Source: Candidatus Liptonbacteria bacterium
GTDB taxonomy: Bacteria > Patescibacteriota > Minisyncoccia > UBA6257 > 2-01-FULL-56-20
NCBI GenBank assembly: GCA_016194445.1
Contig: JACQBP010000035.1
Coordinates: forward strand, 4,396-68,395
Reading direction: 5' to 3'
DNA length: 64,000 nt
The translations under genes were made by a program, and so were the position numbers. Below, one piece after another: positions 56,712 through 64,000 of the stretch. Position 1 is the first letter of the stretch. Every line of letters starts with the position of its first letter. The notes below the pieces were generated by a model, which ran no database searches, was not told the origin of the DNA, and saw only the letters and a program-made list of their open reading frames with translations.

Positions 56712-58177
56712 GCCTCTTTGATAAGTTTATTGTTTAAATTGCGATCCAATTCCTCGAATCGTTTAATAGATAGCTCTAAAAATTTTGATTCGGTATCAAT
56801 ACCTATAAATTTTCTTCCATGAAGATAGGCCGCAATGCCGGTAGTGGAACTTCCTGTAAATGGGTCAATGACCAGATCACCTTTATTCGTGCTTGCGAGT
56901 ACTATTCTTTTTAACAAATCTTCTGGTTTTTGTGTAGGGTGTTTTCCAAACTTTTTTTCTATCGGCTTGGGAGTGCCCATTGACCAAACCGAGCGCATTT
57001 GGAGCCCTGGCTTTTTTAAATTATCCTCCGTCCAATGGCCGTTTTTCATCAGATCATAATTGAATGTGTGTTTCGCCTTTCTTTCTTTTCTTGCCCAAAT
57101 TAAAGTTTCGTGACTTGCGGTAAAGTATCGGCAACTAAGATTCGGTGACGCGTTTGGTTTAAACCATGCGATGTCGTTTAAGATATGATATCCGAGTGCC
57201 TGTAGAGCATGGCCGCACTGGTAAATTGAGTGATAGGTACCGCTAACCCAGAGAGTACCGTGCGGCTTCAAAACTCTTCGACACGCCTCCATCCATTTGT
57301 AATGAAAATCATAGTCATCTTTAAACCCCTTACTCTTGTCCCAATCTCCCTTATTCACGCTAACCATTCGTCCGGCGTGAACCGTAAAGCCGCCGTTGGA
57401 AAGGTTGTAGGGTGGATCGGCAAAAATCATATCCACAGAATTTTCTGGAAGTCGTGCTATCACATCTAAGCAATTTGCTTGAAAGAGTTTGAATTTTGGT
57501 TTTTCGTAATAGGGCTTTAGTGCTACTGTACCTTGGTCTGTTTTTTCGATAACAATTTCGGGGATATTTACACTTGCTTCTTGAATCACATCCAGCACTA
57601 TCCCTTGGATCGAGACATCTCGTCCGTTTCTAAATATAAGCGGCTCCATGCTTTTGTTTGCTGGTTGTAAGCGAATATGTCCGCGTTCTCTATAAAATTT
57701 CTTTAGCGTTGCTTCGTGGTTATCGATGAGGGCGACTACCTTTTGTCCGTTATCGGCAACAGCTTGTTGCTTTACCAATACAACATCGCCATTATTGATT
57801 CCTTCATCGATCATACTATCGCCGAGCACGCGCAGGGCATAGAATTCACCGCTTCGTGGTAGCTTGTTTTGAGGGATCGCAATAGTTTCCTTTTCTTGTA
57901 TTGCCTCTATCGGCTGGCCCGCGGCTATGGTGCCCAAAAGAGGAATTTTTACCAGTTTAGCGGTTTTTTCTATTAAACTAATGCCACGCGCTGAATTATC
58001 GTTTTTTGCAACGAATCCTTTATCTGCCAAAACTCCGATATGCTGGTGGATCGTTGAAAGAGAGGAGAGTCGGAAGTGTTTTTTGATTTCTTCCAAAGTC
58101 GGTGAAAAGCCCTTCTTGTTGATATAAGACTCGGTGTAGTCGTAGATTTGTTTTTGTCGCTTGGTTAGTGTGGCCAT
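56708..58177 (-). CDS. LexA repressor fused to a beta-class (DpnA-like) DNA adenine methyltransferase
   Basis: LexA: LTKRQKQI, PTLEEI, IAAGQP, GDSM, ATLKKF. MTase: DPPY, PNLSCRYF, HPTQKP, DPFTGSSTT. Confidence 0.92.
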   Translation of the reverse strand: MATLTKRQKQIYDYTESYINKKGFSPTLEEIKKHFRLSSLSTIHQHIGVLADKGFVAKNDNSARGISLIEKTAKLVKIPLLGTIAAGQPIEAIQEKETIAIPQNKLPRSGEFYALRVLGDSMIDEGINNGDVVLVKQQAVADNGQKVVALIDNHEATLKKFYRERGHIRLQPANKSMEPLIFRNGRDVSIQGIVLDVIQEASVNIPEIVIEKTDQGTVALKPYYEKPKFKLFQANCLDVIARLPENSVDMIFADPPYNLSNGGFTVHAGRMVSVNKGDWDKSKGFKDDYDFHYKWMEACRRVLKPHGTLWVSGTYHSIYQCGHALQALGYHILNDIAWFKPNASPNLSCRYFTASHETLIWARKERKAKHTFNYDLMKNGHWTEDNLKKPGLQMRSVWSMGTPKPIEKKFGKHPTQKPEDLLKRIVLASTNKGDLVIDPFTGSSTTGIAAYLHGRKFIGIDTESKFLELSIKRFEELDRNLNNKLIKEA

Positions 58178-58215
58178 AAACGATTGACTCGGTGTATTTA
58201 TTTTCTTACACTATC

Positions 58216-58245
58216 AGTATACCGAAGATTTGCCGAAGATGTAAT
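58216..58245 (-). promoter_or_regulatory. Putative promoter/operator of the lexA-MTase operon
   Basis: Minus strand ATTACA-N18-TATACT; direct repeat ATCTTCGG-N3-ATCTTCGG between the boxes. Confidence 0.5.
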
Positions 58246-58347
58246 AGCCCACTTATCCACATGCAGAGAAATAGCAAACAAGTCGACAAACTTGTCTATA
58301 AACTCTACGGCCTCACTTCGGAGGAGTTAAGATTGTAGAACAAAACC

Positions 58348-61300
58348 ATGCCGGAAAACGATAAAGAAATACCAGTTCCATATGAGAAGCCACTAATTTT
58401 AAGCGAGAAGCAAAAATGGCTTTGCTCACATTTGGATGCACTCAACGGCATTGAAAATTTTTGTCCAAACGCAATCCCATCCGATCTTTTTGTAGGCGCA
58501 CTGTCTTTGGTTAAATCAAAAAACAGAAAGACAAACCCTGATTGGATGGCACAGGCAGCTCATTCTTTGCGAGAAATATTATATGGAGTGGGGCAGGTCA
58601 GACGACCCAAAAATAAACTTATCCTGGCTTGGCAAGTTTTCTTGGGAAAAGGTGAAAATTCTCTGACTCGAAGAGCGAGGATTGAAAATTTATTGAAAGT
58701 ATACCAAGAGGAACAGCGGGCTTCAGAATTAGCTCATGTTTTAAATGATTTACATTTTATATTTACCAATATCGCTCATCATTTGCAGGATAGTCAAAAA
58801 CATAAGTATGTAAAAAAGAAACTAATAAAAATAGGGATTTCAAATCCAGAACCTTCCTTGATAGTAACTGAAGCTGTATTTGAACAATTGATGGATACTC
58901 TGGAAAATGCTTGGGCACAATCTATTCCTCGACAACTTACCATTCATGAACAAATCGATTCTCTGTTAAGCCGCGATCCAAAATTAGTCAGCAAAGGAGT
59001 TTTGAATGTTCTTTTATCTTTTAACCCCGACGCGCGGTACTACTTTTATACCAAAGCCGATGAGCGTTGGCTTGGTTGGCTTTGGGGAAATGGTTTTCTG
59101 GATGTTATCAAACAAAAAGCAGAAGATCCTACGCGCTATGGCTATAGAACACCAGAAGTTAATTACCTCGTAAAAGTTTCTGAAAAAGAGCCGGCAAAGG
59201 TGGTTGATATTATGCTGGCCGTACCGATTTCTACGGAGAACTTTAATCCAGAAGTGGTGGACAGGTTCTTACGCATTTGTAGTGGCTTGCCAGCACCAGA
59301 ACTCAAACGGATGGTAAAGAAAATTCGTGATGATGGATTGGTGCGACTTATGGGTGCATTCAACGATTGGGGTTTTGAGTATGAAAAAATGCTTAAAACT
59401 TTAACTGATGTCAATGACTTTGATAGCGTTCTTGTTCTTGCAGAGGCAGTACTTTCCATTCGTACAAAAAAAGAAGCCGAACAAACTTCGCGCGGCTTTT
59501 TGTCCGACAATCCTTTCTACTTCAAAGAACTAAGCTATACAAAAGTATTCGAATACTTACTCAAGGTGGATGAGAAAAACATTGAAAATGCACTCACCTT
59601 GGTAACCAGCACGATGAAAGAGGTTGTACTCTTTGGAGAAAAAGAAGGCAAGGATGAAGTGTTTAAGGTTTATGATAGCTACTTTTTATTAGATGTAGAT
59701 TTTTTTGAGCTTGAACTTACCGAAAAAGACAGGCTTTCGCACAGAGACGATGTTAAAAATCTCGCAGCTGTTATTAAGCATTATGCAGAGCAAACCATCG
59801 GGAAGAAATGTGACGATGTCGAATCGGCAGTTAAGCTGTATAACCAGTATTTTAATCATCTCCCGGATAGCCGCTCTATGTGGCGTCTCCGATTATTTGT
59901 ATTGAGTTTGTGCCCCGGCGCATTTAAAGAAGAGCTTAAAAAGGCATTCTTCCGATTGTTTGAGATTGAGCGTTACTATAACGAGATTATTTCTGGCACA
60001 GAATATTTGAAGGCGCTCCGTATTGGATTTCCTGTTTTATCTGATGATGATAAGCGTAAATATGTAAAACAGGTTATAGATTACTTTGTAAAAAAAGACC
60101 AAGAAAAAGAGAACGAAAAAGAAAATTGGCATATAGGGTATGGCTCGAGAATTATTTCAGTAATAGCCGATCAGCTTACTGAAGAAGAAAAACAAACAGC
60201 CAAAGACGCTGGATTTACGCTCGATCCTAACTATAAGCCAGAGCCATCCATAAAGATGGGTGGTTTTGCTGGTAGCATAAGACCAAGGGGACCGATAATC
60301 CAAGAAGAATTTGGAAATCTCTCGATAACTGATATTGCAGGGAAATTAAGAGTTGAATGGACGCCAGAAGAGTTGAGAAAAGAAAATACAAACGAGGATT
60401 TTCATAATCCCTTAAATGCAGAGGGTGTCGGCGAAATGTTGCGAATTGATATAACTAAGCGTCTACAAGATTATATAAATAACGCAAACATCTTTTTTGA
60501 ACGAGATAAATTAGACCAGCACTATACTTATTCTTTTCTGCGAGGCATACAAGAGGTTCTTCGAGGCAATAAAACCGAGGTCAGTGGTATAAATTGGGAT
60601 AATTTGATAGCTCTTTGCGTCACGATAAAGAAATCTGGCGAGACAAAACCCTTCGATAGCGGAAATCGCGAGCGCGATACTTTTGATGCGTGGCTTTCTG
60701 GCTGGACAGGCGTTCATTCTGCTATGACAGATGTTGTCCAAGAACTACTGACCGAAGAAAGGGGTGCTAAAATCGACTTTCCTAAATATCGCGATGACCT
60801 GTTTGGGGTCATAGGATATCTCCTTTCTTATCCCGATCCAGTTCCCGCCGACGAAGAGCCGAAAACAGCAAAAATGACTACAACGCCTCCTGGCGCAAAA
60901 GAACAAATGGTAAGCGATCCTTATTCGATGGCAATCAACACGGTACGGGGTAGAGCATTTCAAGCTTTTGCGTTGTTTATGTATCAAGACGGGAAGAAGT
61001 TCTCTAAAAACGAAAAAATAAAGATTTCCCTCGATGTTAAGGGACTGTACGAGGCTGTTCTCAAAAAAGAAAATACCCGGGCCCTTATGTTTATGTTCGG
61101 GCATTATCTGCCGTCGTTCTACTTTCGAGATAAAGAGTGGATGCAGAGCCTTTTCTCGCAGATTTTTTCTGCAGAGCCAACAAAGAAAAATCTCTATACG
61201 GCCGCATGGGAGGGCTATGTTTCAGCAAATCTTTATGATGAGATATTCTTCAACCCAGATACTCAGAAGTTATACGAACGGGGTCTTGCTCTGACAGATT

Positions 61301-61965
61301 CGGACTATCCACAACAAAAGCATTTCAAAGAACCGGACGAAGGCGTTGCTGTTCATGTTGCGCTTGCCTTCATGCACTTCTCGAAATTTGATTTTGACCA
61401 CGATCTATTCAAAAAATTCTGGAGTATGCCAAACCCGGAATATCACAAAGAATTTATCTCCTTTATCGGTCGCCACTCTATTTCACGAAAATCGGCTGCG
61501 GAATGGATAAAATACAATAAAGTCGATATTGAGAAACTTAAAAAGTTCTGGGATTGGGCGCTTAAAAATTGCAACATAGATGCGCTTACCGGCTTTGGTT
61601 TCTGGATTAATATGGAGCGTAGCCCATTGGATACAAAATGGCTCGCAAGTCACGCACGCCAAACGCTTGAGAAAACAAAGGGATATGTTGAGTGGGAATA
61701 TGGATTAATGCGCTCACTTGCGGCATTTGCAAAAGAGGCGCCGGAAGACACGCTTGCCATTTTGCGCGCTCATCTCCTTGAAGAGGTTGCAAAACATGAG
61801 CCAGTGAGAACATGGCTTCACATGGATGCCGAAGTTTATGACACCTTCAAAGAACTCTATAAAAATGAAGCGACAAAAGAAGGGGTGCGCACGCTTGTTA
61901 ACGACCTCTTGCCTTATCGTAATGGGATGTTTTGGGGGTTGAAATCTATCTTGGAAGAAAAATGA
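58348..61965 (+). CDS. Large alpha-helical protein with putative HEPN-like N-terminal domain
   Basis: 1205-aa ORF. N-terminal LFVGAL...NPDWMAQAAHSLREIL...FTNIAHH; the remainder is helical-repeat-like. No Walker motif seen. Confidence 0.6.
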   Translation: MPENDKEIPVPYEKPLILSEKQKWLCSHLDALNGIENFCPNAIPSDLFVGALSLVKSKNRKTNPDWMAQAAHSLREILYGVGQVRRPKNKLILAWQVFLGKGENSLTRRARIENLLKVYQEEQRASELAHVLNDLHFIFTNIAHHLQDSQKHKYVKKKLIKIGISNPEPSLIVTEAVFEQLMDTLENAWAQSIPRQLTIHEQIDSLLSRDPKLVSKGVLNVLLSFNPDARYYFYTKADERWLGWLWGNGFLDVIKQKAEDPTRYGYRTPEVNYLVKVSEKEPAKVVDIMLAVPISTENFNPEVVDRFLRICSGLPAPELKRMVKKIRDDGLVRLMGAFNDWGFEYEKMLKTLTDVNDFDSVLVLAEAVLSIRTKKEAEQTSRGFLSDNPFYFKELSYTKVFEYLLKVDEKNIENALTLVTSTMKEVVLFGEKEGKDEVFKVYDSYFLLDVDFFELELTEKDRLSHRDDVKNLAAVIKHYAEQTIGKKCDDVESAVKLYNQYFNHLPDSRSMWRLRLFVLSLCPGAFKEELKKAFFRLFEIERYYNEIISGTEYLKALRIGFPVLSDDDKRKYVKQVIDYFVKKDQEKENEKENWHIGYGSRIISVIADQLTEEEKQTAKDAGFTLDPNYKPEPSIKMGGFAGSIRPRGPIIQEEFGNLSITDIAGKLRVEWTPEELRKENTNEDFHNPLNAEGVGEMLRIDITKRLQDYINNANIFFERDKLDQHYTYSFLRGIQEVLRGNKTEVSGINWDNLIALCVTIKKSGETKPFDSGNRERDTFDAWLSGWTGVHSAMTDVVQELLTEERGAKIDFPKYRDDLFGVIGYLLSYPDPVPADEEPKTAKMTTTPPGAKEQMVSDPYSMAINTVRGRAFQAFALFMYQDGKKFSKNEKIKISLDVKGLYEAVLKKENTRALMFMFGHYLPSFYFRDKEWMQSLFSQIFSAEPTKKNLYTAAWEGYVSANLYDEIFFNPDTQKLYERGLALTDSDYPQQKHFKEPDEGVAVHVALAFMHFSKFDFDHDLFKKFWSMPNPEYHKEFISFIGRHSISRKSAAEWIKYNKVDIEKLKKFWDWALKNCNIDALTGFGFWINMERSPLDTKWLASHARQTLEKTKGYVEWEYGLMRSLAAFAKEAPEDTLAILRAHLLEEVAKHEPVRTWLHMDAEVYDTFKELYKNEATKEGVRTLVNDLLPYRNGMFWGLKSILEEK

Positions 61966-64000
61966 TCAATATAACCGAGCAACAACTTGAGTTATTTATG
62001 TCCTTATTTCGCGGCCGCGAAGATGTTTATGCGCGTCGCTGGGAAAAAGGTGATAAGTCAGGCTATAGCCCGGCGTACGATTTTAATTGGGACGAGTTCA
62101 TGTCGCATAAACGCCGAGGCGGATCAATGAAGGATTTCGATAATAAAACATTGCTTCCTCTTGCTAGAGAAGTGGTTAAAAAGCATCTTTTGGGACAGCT
62201 TGTTGTCGGAATTTATCCAATACTTACCGAAAATACTTCGTATTTTATTACGGCTGACTTCGATGGGGAAACTTGGAATAATGATGCAAAAGCGTTTCTT
62301 CGTATTTGCAAGGAAGAGTGTATCAATGCCTATCTGGAGCGCTCTCGATCAGGTAATGGCGGACATGTTTGGATATTCTTTTCTGAACCGTACCCATGCT
62401 ATAAAAGCCGGCAAATTGTTCTTGAATTAATACGCCGCGCATTTCATATCTCCGAATTTGAGAAAGAAGTTAGTTTTGACCGCTTATTTCCAAACCAAGA
62501 TACTCTTACGAAAAATGGGTTCGGTAATTTGATAGCTTTACCATTACAGGGAAGATCATTCGAACACGGAAATGCGTTATTTGTTGATGCTGCCACGAAC
62601 AAACCCTTCTCGGATCAATGGGCCTTTTTACAAAATGCGAAGCGCCACACACCTCAGGAATTAGAAACAATGCATAGCAAGCTTTTTAATACCGCAGATA
62701 AACCAATTCAATCTTTACCAAAAGACAATAGCTTCCAAATTACGGTCAGCAATCAAATAACATTGCCGCGCGCACAACTTACGCCAACGATTATTCATTT
62801 CCTTAAAAACGAACTTAATTTTTTAAATACCGAATATCTAACCAAGCGACGACTCGGTAAATCAACTTATAAGATACAAAAATATTTCAAATTAATTGAT
62901 GAGGCGGGAGATACCATTTCGTTACCGTGTGGTTTCTTAACCCAACTGAGTGCGTTTTTGGATCAAAATCATATTGCTTATGCTTTAACGGAAAACCATG
63001 CTCTTCTGGATGAAGCGACTTTTAATAACGACATTAAGCTAACACCCGCGCAGACAAAAGTTGTAGAACAAGCCACTGGCTATAATCAAGGAGTTATCGT
63101 GGCACCTTCTGGAAGTGGTAAAACGATAATGGGACTGGAACTAATCGCCCGGAGAAAACAGCCGGCCTTAATTCTTGTACACCGCAAACAAATTCTTGAT
63201 CAGTGGGTTGACCGCATACAAGCATTTTTGGGTATCGCAAAAACACATATCGGCCAGTATTCTGGTGTCAAGAAGAAAATCGGTAAGCAAATCAGCGTTG
63301 GCCTACTTCAAAGCTTTGCAAGAAAAGGTGATTTATCCGAGCTACAAAATTCTTTCGGCACAATAATTGTTGACGAATGCCATCACATCCCCGCATCAAC
63401 TTTTCGAGAGGTTATTGCCCAGTTGAATCCACAATATCTCTATGGGCTTACGGCTACGCCCAAACGCAAACATAACGACGAAAAGCTTATCTATGTTTAT
63501 ATTGGCGACATTGTTGCTCAAATGGCCGTATCTGATGTGCCTATTCACGAAACAAAAGTAAGTGTGTACACGCCAGAAGTTTTAATACGAACCACCAATT
63601 TAGAAATACCATTCAAATTTACCACCGACTACTTTCAATTACTGGCAAAAATCATTTCTTGCGATACTGGGCGTAATCGCTTAGTTGTCGATAACATACT
63701 TAGCGAGGTTGAGAAAAATAGAAAAATCCTTGTGTTGAGCGAACGAAAAGAACACCTCGAGATTTTAAACATGTATCTTAAAAGTAAATGCGAAACTATT
63801 GTTATTTCTGGAGATGATTCTGCTCGAGCGCGGAAATCAAAACTTGCACAAATTCAAAGCGGTCATTATCAGGTTATTCTTTCAACGGGGCAATTTTTTG
63901 GTGAAGGTATCGATATTCGAGGCACAACCTGTCTTGTACTGGCTTTTCCTTTCTCGTTCGAAGGCAAGCTCATCCAGTATATGGGGCGCCTACGCGATAT
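61962..64000 (+). CDS. AEP primase-like (TOTE-type) domain fused to an SF2 DExH helicase (partial)
   Basis: Not in the ORF track because it has no stop in the window. LFRGREDVYARRW, GIYP, ADFD, ERSRSGNGGHVWIFF, DRLFPNQD, GNLIALPLQ, then APSGSGKT, VDECHH, GLTATP, GEGID, QYMGRL. Confidence 0.88.
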   Translation, partial: MINITEQQLELFMSLFRGREDVYARRWEKGDKSGYSPAYDFNWDEFMSHKRRGGSMKDFDNKTLLPLAREVVKKHLLGQLVVGIYPILTENTSYFITADFDGETWNNDAKAFLRICKEECINAYLERSRSGNGGHVWIFFSEPYPCYKSRQIVLELIRRAFHISEFEKEVSFDRLFPNQDTLTKNGFGNLIALPLQGRSFEHGNALFVDAATNKPFSDQWAFLQNAKRHTPQELETMHSKLFNTADKPIQSLPKDNSFQITVSNQITLPRAQLTPTIIHFLKNELNFLNTEYLTKRRLGKSTYKIQKYFKLIDEAGDTISLPCGFLTQLSAFLDQNHIAYALTENHALLDEATFNNDIKLTPAQTKVVEQATGYNQGVIVAPSGSGKTIMGLELIARRKQPALILVHRKQILDQWVDRIQAFLGIAKTHIGQYSGVKKKIGKQISVGLLQSFARKGDLSELQNSFGTIIVDECHHIPASTFREVIAQLNPQYLYGLTATPKRKHNDEKLIYVYIGDIVAQMAVSDVPIHETKVSVYTPEVLIRTTNLEIPFKFTTDYFQLLAKIISCDTGRNRLVVDNILSEVEKNRKILVLSERKEHLEILNMYLKSKCETIVISGDDSARARKSKLAQIQSGHYQVILSTGQFFGEGIDIRGTTCLVLAFPFSFEGKLIQYMGRLRD

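Larger units (their letters stand above)
50415..64000. mobile_element. Integrative element (satellite/defence island) at the tRNA-Asn 3' end; right end outside the window
   Basis: Serine recombinase abutting the tRNA, Rep/TerS-like genes, R-M and helicase cargo, loss of host strand bias. Confidence 0.8.

Noticed and set aside
62161-63366. Short ORFs 62161..62430 and 63175..63366
   Set aside because: Out-of-frame shadows of the primase-helicase ORF that starts at 61962.

Overview
The window looks like chromosomal DNA of a Patescibacteria/CPR (Parcubacteria-like) bacterium using genetic code 11. This is inferred from the gene content, the CPR-style type IV pilus genes, the shortened F1Fo subunits and the sparse SD sites. 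Bases 1-50.1 kb are mostly core genes: end of rpsR, PAP2, PlsC, parA-parB, an RSH protein, topA, dprA, a type IV pilus/competence cluster, pth, lepB, hisS, rpsU, ybeY, ftsA/ftsZ, rmuC, a full atp operon, uppP, csp, obg, class II RNR and four tRNAs. Main points of interest: (1) ParA carries a 591-aa LAGLIDADG intein in its Walker A motif. (2) tRNA-Asn(GTT) is split inside the anticodon by a 195-nt group I intron. (3) The same tRNA is the apparent integration site of a serine-recombinase element (50.4 kb to window end) with Rep/TerS-like genes and defence-type cargo, namely a LexA-DpnA-like methyltransferase fusion with a MutH-like nuclease, and a 1205-aa protein translationally coupled to an AEP primase-SF2 helicase. 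(4) Several families of small palindromic and heptamer repeats occur throughout, some with covarying stems and some translated in frame inside ParB, TopA, AtpD, RluA and pilins. (5) GC skew appears to switch at about 43-46 kb. No rRNA or CRISPR array was seen. All calls come from motif recognition by eye, without database searches.
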